33,326 nt of DNA from the sequence record MK416009.1; one strand, written 5' to 3'. The position numbers and the translations under genes are program-made. The notes under the pieces are model-generated. The model saw only the letters and a list, made by a program, of their open reading frames with translations. It was not told the origin of the DNA and did no database searches. Source of the stretch: Klebsiella phage ST11-OXA245phi3.1. Of the stretch, positions 25,419 to 33,326 are shown piece by piece (position 1 is the stretch's first letter; the number at the start of each line of letters is the position of its first letter).

Positions 25419-26495
25419 ATGAGCACAGCCTTTTATACAAAACTGACCGCGGCGGGAGTTAATGCCATGACTCGCGCAGTCATGAATAATGAACCAATCT
25501 CTATTACTGAAATGGCTGTTGGAGATGGTGGCGGTAATAATATTAATCCTGACGGAATGCAGGGACTAGTTAATGAAGTTTACCGCGCTCCGTTAAACAG
25601 GCTGGTTATTGCTGATCTGGACAGAAATGTCATCCGGGCAGAAATGCTGATGATGCCCCAGGTTGGCGGATGGTGGCTGCGTGAAGCGGCGTTATTTGAT
25701 GACAGAGGGATCTGTCTGGCCGTAGCAAGTTTACCTCCATCCTATAAGCCATTGCTGGAACAAGGGGCAGGGCGTATGAGCACGGTGAATATTTACATCA
25801 CCGTCAACAATATTGCCGATGTGCAACTAATTACTGACCCGGCGATCATTCTGGCAACGATAACTGAGGTTGATAAGGCTAAGGGTGAGGCAAAGGATTA
25901 CGCCGACGAAATTGTAGGTAACTTAGACAAGAATATTCAGCAGGTGATTGCTGATGCTATAACGGCGGCAAAGCGAGATTTCTGGGAAGATGATAATCCG
26001 GTTGGCACCACCCGCTTTTTTAACCAGAACCTCAATCCCAATGAGCGCTGGCCGTGGTCGCAATGGGTGTACACCGGCGAAAACAAAACGATCCGCGTCG
26101 GCAGGGCTGACGGTTCGGACGTCGGGCAGACAGGCGGCAGCGATACTGTCACACTCCAGCAGGCTAACCTGCCCGCTGTGCAGGTTAACGTCAGTGGCGA
26201 AACCAGTGAACTCCCCGGGCAGGAGCTGACCACCAGGGAGGCGGGACGGCATAAACACAAAGGCGGAATGCTCGCCCCTGGCGAGGCCTGGGATGATAAT
26301 TACATAGTCGGTTCGGATAACGACAGCCGCCGCACCAGAAATTATACGGATGAGGTGGCCGATCATAGCCATATTGTGGACTTGCCAGCCCACAAACACA
26401 CGACCACCGGCAAAACCGATAACCTCGGTGAAGGGAAATCATTCAGCGTGGTTGAAGCCCACACACTGCTGATGTGCTGGAGCCGCGTTGCCTGA
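25419..26495 (+). CDS. H: Tail fibre protein H, short form. It has the conserved N-terminal baseplate-attachment domain and a His-rich C-terminal tip.
   Basis: 358 aa. ...ISITEMAVGDGGGNNINPDG...MMPQVGGWWLREAALFDDRG...SYKPLLEQGAGR matches the P2 gpH N-terminal domain (TTMAVGDGGGK...PPEVGGFWMRELGLYDDAG...SYKPALAEGSGR). The C-terminus carries HKHKGG...HSH...HKHTTTG HxH-type motifs. Confidence 0.75.
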   Translation: MSTAFYTKLTAAGVNAMTRAVMNNEPISITEMAVGDGGGNNINPDGMQGLVNEVYRAPLNRLVIADLDRNVIRAEMLMMPQVGGWWLREAALFDDRGICLAVASLPPSYKPLLEQGAGRMSTVNIYITVNNIADVQLITDPAIILATITEVDKAKGEAKDYADEIVGNLDKNIQQVIADAITAAKRDFWEDDNPVGTTRFFNQNLNPNERWPWSQWVYTGENKTIRVGRADGSDVGQTGGSDTVTLQQANLPAVQVNVSGETSELPGQELTTREAGRHKHKGGMLAPGEAWDDNYIVGSDNDSRRTRNYTDEVADHSHIVDLPAHKHTTTGKTDNLGEGKSFSVVEAHTLLMCWSRVA

Positions 26496-26514
26496 TAAAT
26501 CCCGGTATCAGTCT

Positions 26515-26535
26515 GCCCCGATAAGGGGCTTTTTT
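26515..26535 (+). terminator. Rho-independent terminator after H.
   Basis: GCCCC-gataa-GGGGC followed by TTTTTT. Confidence 0.5.
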
Positions 26536-26546
26536 CTGTCTGCGGT

Positions 26547-26564
26547 TGTGCCATTGACGGTACA
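26547..26564. promoter_or_regulatory. Ogr/B-type late activator site (TGT-N12-ACA), a P_F-type late promoter upstream of FI.
   Basis: TGTgccattgacggtACA, about 80 bp upstream of the FI start codon. Its right half ..cggtACA is shared with the site at 12390. Confidence 0.45.
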
Positions 26565-26633
26565 ACGGCCATCAACGGCTTGCGGTGCATGATTTCCCTA
26601 CCATGGGTGAACCCCTAAACAGGAGATTCATTC

Positions 26634-27806
26634 ATGGCGCAAGACTATCACCATGGCGTGCGTGTTGTTGAAGTTAACGACGGCACCCGCTCTATCACGA
26701 CGGTGAGCACGGCGATTGTGGGCATGGTATGCACCGGCGATGATGCCGATGCCTCAGTGTTCCCGCTCAATAAGCCGGTTCTGCTTACCGATGTACTGAC
26801 CGCCAGCGGTAAAGCGGGCGAGTCCGGCACGCTGGCCCGCTCACTGGATGCCATCGCAGACCAGGCAAAACCCGTCACCGTTGTGGTGCGTGTTGCCCAG
26901 GGCGAAACCGAAGCGGAAACCACCTCCAATATTATCGGCGGCGTAACCGCTGACGGTAAGAAAACGGGCATCAAAGCGCTGCTTTCGGCGCAGTCGCAGC
27001 TGGGTTTAAAGCCGCGCATTCTTGGTGTGCCGGGCCATGACACGCAGGCTGTTTCCACTGAACTGTTAAGCGTGGCGCAGAGCCTGCGCGGCTTTGCGTA
27101 CCTGTCTGCCTACGGTTGTAAAACCGTGGAAGAAGCGATTGCCTACCGCGAAAATTTCAGTCAGCGAGAAGGGATGCTGATCTGGCCTGATTTCATCAAC
27201 TTTGACACGGTGCTGCAGGCGGATGCGACTGCTTACGCCACTGCCCGCGCGCTGGGTCTGCGTGCAAAAATCGACGAGCAGACCGGCTGGCACAAAACCC
27301 TTTCTAACGTGGGCGTCAACGGCGTAACCGGCTTGTCTGCGGATGTGTTCTGGGATCTGCAGGACCCGGCAACCGATGCCGGACTGCTGAACCAGAACGA
27401 CGTCACCACCTTGATCCGCAAGGATGGTTTCCGCTTCTGGGGTTCCCGCTGCCTGAGCGATGACCCGTTATTCCAGTTTGAAAACTACACCCGTACCGCG
27501 CAGGTGCTGGCAGACACCATGGCGGAGGCGCATATGTGGGCGGTGGACATGCCGCTTAACCCTTCGCTGGCTCGCGACATTATCGAAGGTATCCGCGCCA
27601 AAATGCGCAGCCTGGTAAATCAGGGCTACCTCATTGGCGGTGATTGCTGGATTGATGACAGTGTGAATGACAAAGACACGCTGAAAGCCGGGAAACTCTG
27701 GATCGACTACGACTATACGCCAGTGCCTCCACTGGAAAACCTGATGCTGCGCCAGCGCATCACTGACCGTTACCTGGTGGATTTCACCACCCGCGTAAGC
27801 GCATAA
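26634..27806 (+). CDS. FI: Tail sheath protein FI.
   Basis: 390 aa. [40 protein letters not shown]... is near-identical to my memory of the P2 FI N-terminus. Confidence 0.9.
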   Translation: MAQDYHHGVRVVEVNDGTRSITTVSTAIVGMVCTGDDADASVFPLNKPVLLTDVLTASGKAGESGTLARSLDAIADQAKPVTVVVRVAQGETEAETTSNIIGGVTADGKKTGIKALLSAQSQLGLKPRILGVPGHDTQAVSTELLSVAQSLRGFAYLSAYGCKTVEEAIAYRENFSQREGMLIWPDFINFDTVLQADATAYATARALGLRAKIDEQTGWHKTLSNVGVNGVTGLSADVFWDLQDPATDAGLLNQNDVTTLIRKDGFRFWGSRCLSDDPLFQFENYTRTAQVLADTMAEAHMWAVDMPLNPSLARDIIEGIRAKMRSLVNQGYLIGGDCWIDDSVNDKDTLKAGKLWIDYDYTPVPPLENLMLRQRITDRYLVDFTTRVSA

Positions 27807-27815
27807 GGGGGACCC

Positions 27816-28331
27816 ATGGCCTTACCACGCAAGTTAAAACACCTGAATATTTTTAATGCCGGTAACAACTGGATGGGCATTGCTGAATCCGTCACCCTGC
27901 CGAAATTCACCCGCAAGCTGGAAAACTACCGCGGCGGCGGTATGCCCGGTTCAGTCGGTATTGATCTGGGGCTGGATGATGGCGCGCTGGATACGGAAAT
28001 GACCATCGGCGGCACTGAGGCGCTTCTGTTTAAACAGATGGGCAAAGCCACGGTGGACGGCGTGCAGCTGCGCTTTACCGGGTCTATTCAGCGTGACGAC
28101 ACCGGCGAAGTTCAGGCCGTTGAGCTGGTCGTCCGTGGGCGCCACAAAGAGGTGGATTCCGGCGAGTGGAAAACCGGCGAGAGCAATTCCACCAAGGTCA
28201 GCAGCGTTAACTGTTACGCGAAGCTGACCATTAACGGTGAAGTGCTCTATGAGGTCGATGCGATCAACATGATTGAAGTTGTTGATGGTGTTGACCTGAT
28301 GGAAGAACACCGTAACGCCATCGGTCTGTAA
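27816..28331 (+). CDS. FII: Tail tube protein FII.
   Basis: 171 aa. MALPRKLKHLNIFNAGNNWMGIAESVTLPKFTRKLENYRG matches P2 FII. Confidence 0.9.
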   Translation: MALPRKLKHLNIFNAGNNWMGIAESVTLPKFTRKLENYRGGGMPGSVGIDLGLDDGALDTEMTIGGTEALLFKQMGKATVDGVQLRFTGSIQRDDTGEVQAVELVVRGRHKEVDSGEWKTGESNSTKVSSVNCYAKLTINGEVLYEVDAINMIEVVDGVDLMEEHRNAIGL

Positions 28332-28383
28332 TTTTTTCCTGGCGCGCGAGGTCGCGCCAGCCAACCCATAACAGGAAAAGAGC

Positions 28384-28683
28384 ATGAGTGAGAAAACAGA
28401 AGCAACGGTGAAACTGGATAGCCCGATTAAGCGTGGTGATACCACGATTACGGAAATTATGCTGCGTAAGCCGCAATCCGGCGCGCTGCGCGGTACGCGA
28501 CTGCAGGCGGTGATGGAGATGGACGTGGCCTCAATGATGACCGTGATCCCCCGCATCTCCACGCCAACGCTGACCCCGCAGGAAATGGCGGACCTCGACC
28601 CGGCAGACCTGGCCGCGATGTCTGTCGAGGTGGTCCTTTTTTTGTTGCCGAAGTCGGCACTTGCCGATTTGCCGACAGCCTGA
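28384..28683 (+). CDS. E: Tail assembly chaperone E.
   Basis: 99 aa, ending just after a T TTT TTG slippery heptamer. Confidence 0.8.
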   Translation: MSEKTEATVKLDSPIKRGDTTITEIMLRKPQSGALRGTRLQAVMEMDVASMMTVIPRISTPTLTPQEMADLDPADLAAMSVEVVLFLLPKSALADLPTA

Positions 28684-28817
28684 CGGTAGATGACCTGGTG
28701 GCGGATATCGCCACGATCTTTCACTGGCCGCCGTCCGTCACTGACGTTATGCCGCTGACGGAAGTGCTGGAGTGGCGGCACAGAGCGATAATGCGTAGCG
28801 GGGCCAGCGATGAGTGA
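28384..28817 (+). CDS. E+E': E+E' tail assembly chaperone made by a programmed -1 frameshift.
   Basis: The slippery sequence TTTTTTG lies at 28638-28644. The -1 frame is open from there to the TGA at 28815-28817 and encodes ...LTVDDLVADIATIFHWPPSVTDVMPLTEVLEWRHRAIMRSGASDE, overlapping the T start. This is the same arrangement as P2 E/E'. Confidence 0.7.
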
Positions 28818-31437
28818 TAAAAACCTGCGCCTGCAGGTGGTTCTGAATGCGGTTGATAAACTCACCCGCCCTTTAAAAAATGCGCTGGCTGGCTCGAAGG
28901 AGCTGGCCTCCGGCATCCGGCAGACCCGTGATCAGCTTAAACGGCTTAACGACGCGGGGAGCCAGTTAAAATCTTTTGATCAACTCTCACAGAGTCTGAA
29001 CCGGACCAGCAACGAGCTGGACCAGGCGCGGCTGCGTGCGCAGATGATGACGCGCGAACTGGCAGCGCTCGAATCCCCCACGAAAAAACAGACGCAGGCG
29101 CTTGAGGCGCAATGGCGCGCCGTATCACGCCTGGAACAAAAGCAGCAGCAGGAAACGCGGCAGATGGCGGCAACCAGGGCGGAGCTGTACCGCCTTGGCA
29201 TCTCTGCGGGCGGCGGTGCCCGTGAAACAGCCCGCATTACCCGCGAAACTGATCGCTATAACCAGCAGCTGGCAGAGCAGGAGCGGCGCTTGCGGGACGT
29301 GGGCGAGCGCCAGCGCAAGCTGAATGCGATCAGGGCCAAAGCTGACAAGATGCGCGACGTGCGTAACAACCTGGCGGGGAACGGTGCCGGGATGATGGCC
29401 GCCGGGGTGACAACGGGCGCGACGCTGCTGGCGCCTATTCGCGCCTACTCGGAATCAGAGAACGCCGCAAACCAGCTGGCAGGCTCAATGATGGGGCCGG
29501 GCGGAAAGGTGGCGCCTGAGTTCATGAAACTAAACAAACTGGCAATAGCCCTGGGTGACCGGCTGCCCGGCACCACGGCAGACTTTCAGAACATGATGAC
29601 CATGTTACGTCGTCAGGGGATGTCAGCGCAGGTTATCCTGGGCGGGCTGGGTGAGTCGGCGGCTTACCTTGGCGTGCAGCTGCAGATGGCGCCGACGGAG
29701 GCTGCAGAGTTTGCCGCAAAATTGCAGGACGCCACGCAGACCACCGAAAAAGACATGATGAGCCTGATGGATCTTATCCAGCGTGGTTTTTATGCGGGCG
29801 TAGACCCCGGGAATATGCTGCAGGGTTTCGCAAATATCAGCAGCGCTATGGACATTATCAAGCAGAAGGGCCTGGATGCTGCAAAAACCTTCAGTCCGCT
29901 TCTCGTCATGGCCGATCAGGCGGGGATGGCTGGAGAGTCAGCGGGTAATGCCTACCGTAAAATTTTTCAGGCCACGCTGGATGCGAAAAATATTAAGGGC
30001 ATAAACGACGGGCTGAAAGGAAAGGGCATCAAGTTCGATTTCTCCGACGGGAAAGGCGGATTTGGTGGTCTGGAAAAGATGTACGCGCAGTTAGAAAAGC
30101 TTGAAAAACTAAATCCTGAAACGAAATTTGCAACGATGAAAGCCCTGTTTGGTAATGATAATGAGGTGCTAAAAGCGCTGAATACCATGATGTCAAAAGG
30201 CATGGCGGGCTATCGTGAAACCGTCGCTAAACTGGAGAGCCAGGCAACTCTGCGCGAGCGCGTCGAGGCGTCCCTGAATACCTTAGGCAACAAATGGGAA
30301 GCCGCTGGCGGCTCTTTTACTAACGCCATGGCAAGCATCGGAGAAACCGTCGCTCCAGTGCTGAAAAATATAGCGGACTGGCTGGGTAATCTGGCGTCCG
30401 CGCTGGATGGTTTTGTGAAGCGTCATCCGCAACTGACGGCGGCGCTATTTAAAATTGCGGCCGTATTTGCCGTGGTAGCTACCGCAGCGGGTGTGGTGTC
30501 ACTGGCCCTGGCATCCATTTTGGGTCCTATGGCGGTACTGCGGGTAAGTGCTGGCATTCTCCAGCTGATATTTGCTTCTGCGTTTGGTCTGGTCACAAGA
30601 GTAATTGGCGGTGCAGGCCAGGCGGTCATCTGGTTAGGCCGGTTGATGATGGCTAACCCCATTCTGGCGATAGTTGGCCTGATTGCGATGGGAGCCATCT
30701 ATATCTGGCAGAACTGGGAAACGCTGGGGCCGAAGTTTAAAGCACTCTGGGATGCCATCACGTCAGGGGTGTCAGTAGCCTGGACTGTGATTAAGCAGAC
30801 CATAAGCAGCAAATGGGATGAAATTCTGAGTGATGTTGCCGCGCTGGCCGCAAAGTTTAAAGCAGTGGGCGGGGCGATCATTGACGGCATCCTGAGCGGT
30901 ATCAATGAGAAGTGGGAAACGCTTAAGAGCAAGCTGGCATCGGTCAAAAGCTATCTGCCGGACTGGATGACCGGCGGGGACAAATCGCCAGGCGCACCTC
31001 AGCAGAAAGGGCCGAGCGGATTTTTCGCGGGGATGTATGACGGCGGCGGCTATATTCCACACGGGAAGGTGGGCATTGCTGGCGAGAATGGCCCGGAGCT
31101 GATTAACGGCCCGGCCTATGTGACCAGCCGCAGGAGAACGGCCGCGCTGGCGTCCGTAGTCGCCGGAATGATGGGGGGAGCAATGCCAGCAGAGGCCGCC
31201 CCGCTTCATCCCATGAGTCTGCCGGCAGCTTCATACCGTCCTGTAACTGATAAGCTAGCAGGCAGCCAGCCTGTATTCCAGTTTGAAACCCATGCGCAAA
31301 TTATTATCCAGGCTCTGCCCGGTCAGAGTGCGCAGGATATTGCGCAGGAAGTTGCACGGCAGCTTGATGCGCGCGAGCGACGCATGAAGGCGAAGGCCCG
31401 CAGCAATTTCAGTGATCAAGGGGGGTACGATTCATGA
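28810..31437 (+). CDS. T: Tail tape measure protein T.
   Basis: 875 aa, coiled-coil-rich, with TM-like segments near the C-terminus. It lies between E' and U. Confidence 0.9.
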   Translation: MSDKNLRLQVVLNAVDKLTRPLKNALAGSKELASGIRQTRDQLKRLNDAGSQLKSFDQLSQSLNRTSNELDQARLRAQMMTRELAALESPTKKQTQALEAQWRAVSRLEQKQQQETRQMAATRAELYRLGISAGGGARETARITRETDRYNQQLAEQERRLRDVGERQRKLNAIRAKADKMRDVRNNLAGNGAGMMAAGVTTGATLLAPIRAYSESENAANQLAGSMMGPGGKVAPEFMKLNKLAIALGDRLPGTTADFQNMMTMLRRQGMSAQVILGGLGESAAYLGVQLQMAPTEAAEFAAKLQDATQTTEKDMMSLMDLIQRGFYAGVDPGNMLQGFANISSAMDIIKQKGLDAAKTFSPLLVMADQAGMAGESAGNAYRKIFQATLDAKNIKGINDGLKGKGIKFDFSDGKGGFGGLEKMYAQLEKLEKLNPETKFATMKALFGNDNEVLKALNTMMSKGMAGYRETVAKLESQATLRERVEASLNTLGNKWEAAGGSFTNAMASIGETVAPVLKNIADWLGNLASALDGFVKRHPQLTAALFKIAAVFAVVATAAGVVSLALASILGPMAVLRVSAGILQLIFASAFGLVTRVIGGAGQAVIWLGRLMMANPILAIVGLIAMGAIYIWQNWETLGPKFKALWDAITSGVSVAWTVIKQTISSKWDEILSDVAALAAKFKAVGGAIIDGILSGINEKWETLKSKLASVKSYLPDWMTGGDKSPGAPQQKGPSGFFAGMYDGGGYIPHGKVGIAGENGPELINGPAYVTSRRRTAALASVVAGMMGGAMPAEAAPLHPMSLPAASYRPVTDKLAGSQPVFQFETHAQIIIQALPGQSAQDIAQEVARQLDARERRMKAKARSNFSDQGGYDS

Positions 31438-31919
31438 TGATGGTCCTGGGCTTATTTGTGTTTCAGCTGCGCACGGTTCCCTATCAGCAACTGCAGTATC
31501 AGCGGAACTGGCGCCATGTGACCAACAACCGCGTTAATCGCCGTCCGACAACGCAATTTTTGGGGCCAGATAACGATCAGCTGACGCTCTCCGGCGTCCT
31601 CATGCCGGAAGTGACCGGCGGCCGGTTGTCGTTGCTGGCGCTGGAGCTGATGGCAGAGCAGGGGAAGGCGTGGCCCCTGATTGAAGGCAGCGGCACGATT
31701 TACGGCATGTATGTGATTGAGGGACTGAATCAGACTAAAACGGAGTTTTTCCGCGACGGTATGCCGCGCAGGATTGAGTTCACCCTGTCGCTAAAACGCG
31801 TGGATGAATCCCTGTCCGATATGTTCGGTGATCTCAGTGCGCAACTGAATAATCTGCAGGGAACGGAAACATCTGCCTTAAGCGATATCAGTAAAACGGT
31901 GGGAGGGCTGCTGTCGTGA
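31434..31919 (+). CDS. U: Tail protein U.
   Basis: 161 aa (MMMVLGLFVFQLRTVPYQ...), matching the P2 gpU N-terminus (MMVLGLFVF...). Confidence 0.8.
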   Translation: MMMVLGLFVFQLRTVPYQQLQYQRNWRHVTNNRVNRRPTTQFLGPDNDQLTLSGVLMPEVTGGRLSLLALELMAEQGKAWPLIEGSGTIYGMYVIEGLNQTKTEFFRDGMPRRIEFTLSLKRVDESLSDMFGDLSAQLNNLQGTETSALSDISKTVGGLLS

Positions 31920-33016
31920 ATTTCAGCTCTGAACTGCTTAACAAAGGCAACAAAACTCCGGCATTCAGCATCAGTATTGAAGGCAGGGATATCACCACTG
32001 TGCTGGACAACCGCCTGATGGGGCTGACGCTGACGGATAACCGGGGATTTGAAGCGGACCAGCTTGATCTGGAGCTGGACGACGCCGATGGAAAAATCGT
32101 GCTGCCGCGCCGTGGTGCGGTCATTACGCTGGCGCTGGGCTGGAAGGGGCAGCCGCTTTTCCCGAAAGGGGCATTCACGGTGGACGAGATTGAACACACT
32201 GGCGCACCGGACCGCCTGACTATCCGGGCGCGAAGTGCTGATTTTCGGGAAACCCTGAATACCCGCCGTGAAAAATCGTGGCATAACACCACCATCGGGG
32301 AAGTGGTGAAGGAAATAGCCGCGCGGCACAAGCTGAAGATGGCACTGGGTAAAGAGCTGTCGGATAAGCCCGTGGAGCATATAGACCAGACTAATGAGAG
32401 TGACGGCAGTTTTCTGATGCGACTGGCGCGACAGTACGGTGCCATCGCGTCGGTGAAAAATGGCAATCTGTTATTCATCCGGCAGGGGCAGGGCAAAAGC
32501 GCCACTGGTAAACCACTGCCAGTGATCACTATCACACGCAAGGACGGCGACAGTCACCGCTTTACCCTGGCAGATCGCGGAGCCTACACGGGCGTAATTG
32601 CCAGCTGGTTGCATACCCGTGAACCTGCGAAGAAAGAAAGCACCACGGTGAAGCGTAAGCGCAGAACTAAGAAGCAGAAGAAAGAGCCGGAAGCGAAGCA
32701 GGGCGATTACCTGGTGGGTACGGATGAAAATGTGCTGGTACTTAATCGCACTTATGCCAACCGGAGCAACGCCGAACGAGCGGCGAAAATGCAGTGGGAA
32801 CGCCTGCAACGCGGCGTTGCGTCATTCTCGCTACAACTGGCGGAAGGGCGGGCAGATCTCTACACGGAAATGCCAGTGAAAGTCAGTGGCTTTAAACAGC
32901 CGATAGATGATGCGGAATGGACTATTACCACCCTGACGCATACTGTCAGCCCGGATAACGGTTTTACGACCAGTCTGGAGCTTGAAGTGAAGATTGATGA
33001 TTTCGAAATGGAATGA
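31916..33016 (+). CDS. D: Tail protein D (late control gene D).
   Basis: 366 aa. Its start overlaps the U stop, and it is the last tail gene before ogr. It contains a Lys-rich insert (KRKRRTKKQKKEPEAKQ). Confidence 0.85.
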   Translation: MNFSSELLNKGNKTPAFSISIEGRDITTVLDNRLMGLTLTDNRGFEADQLDLELDDADGKIVLPRRGAVITLALGWKGQPLFPKGAFTVDEIEHTGAPDRLTIRARSADFRETLNTRREKSWHNTTIGEVVKEIAARHKLKMALGKELSDKPVEHIDQTNESDGSFLMRLARQYGAIASVKNGNLLFIRQGQGKSATGKPLPVITITRKDGDSHRFTLADRGAYTGVIASWLHTREPAKKESTTVKRKRRTKKQKKEPEAKQGDYLVGTDENVLVLNRTYANRSNAERAAKMQWERLQRGVASFSLQLAEGRADLYTEMPVKVSGFKQPIDDAEWTITTLTHTVSPDNGFTTSLELEVKIDDFEME

Positions 33017-33107
33017 TTCTTCGCAATGGAGAACTTTTAAGTTTTCAAAATGGAATAATGCGGTATCATTATTGTGAATTTAGCAAAAATGGGGAGAACT
33101 CGAAAAA

Positions 33108-33326
33108 ATGATGATTTGCCCACTGTGTGGAAGTGCCGCCCATACTCGCAGCAGTTTTCAGGTATCTTCATTGACCAAAGAGCGTTACAACCAGTGCCAG
33201 AACATTAACTGCAGCCATACTTTTGTTACCCATGAAACTTTTGTTCGTTCGATTGCAACGCCAAAAGAGTCAAATCCGGTTCAGCCGCATCCAATGAAAT
33301 CAGGACAGGTGGCGCTCTCTCTTTGA
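33108..33326 (+). CDS. ogr: Ogr/Delta/B-family zinc-finger late transcription activator.
   Basis: 72 aa. MMICPLCGSAAHTRSS...ERYNQCQNINCSHTF has the Cys-x2-Cys-x22-Cys-x4-Cys arrangement of P2 Ogr (MFHCPLCQHAAHARTS...ERYHQCQNVNCSATF). Its TGA stop is at the window end. Confidence 0.8.
   Translation: MMICPLCGSAAHTRSSFQVSSLTKERYNQCQNINCSHTFVTHETFVRSIATPKESNPVQPHPMKSGQVALSL

Noticed and set aside
1-33326. Searched for CRISPR arrays, tRNA/rRNA genes, an integrase or att sites, and IS elements.
   Set aside because: I found no direct-repeat/spacer periodicity, no tRNA-like cloverleaf candidates and no transposase ORFs. The integrase and attachment sites must lie outside the window, left of cI and right of ogr.

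Overview
This window is a nearly complete P2/186-family (Peduovirus-type) prophage of an enterobacterial host. The backbone is about 52-56% GC with E. coli/Salmonella-like codon usage. Gene order runs as follows. (1) Immunity region: cI on the minus strand, then apl and cII, which is 186-type. (2) Small early genes, a TraR/DksA-like zinc finger, dam, and replication gene A. (3) Low-GC cargo island 1 (about 6.1-9.5 kb) at the A-cos-Q hotspot, where P2 carries tin/old. It contains a LexA-box promoter driving a 62-aa ORF plus a DinI-like gene (resembles the 186 tum SOS operon), a lipoprotein, a putative cos site, and a 580-aa AIPR-like abortive-infection candidate. (4) Q and P on the minus strand, then O N M L X. 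(5) Lysis cassette: a 2-TM pinholin-like holin, a SAR-type GH24 endolysin, and lysA/lysB/lysC-like genes. (6) Tail completion genes R and S. (7) Low-GC cargo island 2 (about 18.23-19.08 kb, the P2 orf30 position) carrying a two-TM protein on the minus strand. (8) Baseplate genes V W J I. (9) An atypical receptor-binding locus: a 983-aa tailspike-like protein, a LamG-like protein, a 67-aa ORF and a short H fibre, with no G chaperone and no Z/fun. (10) FI, FII, E/E' with a T7G -1 frameshift site, T, U, D and ogr. Integrase and att lie to the left of the window. There are no rRNA, tRNA or CRISPR features. The best candidates for uncharacterised biology are the two low-GC islands (the AIPR-like gene, the SOS-controlled DinI-like pair, the lipoprotein and the 2-TM protein) and the unusual receptor-binding module.
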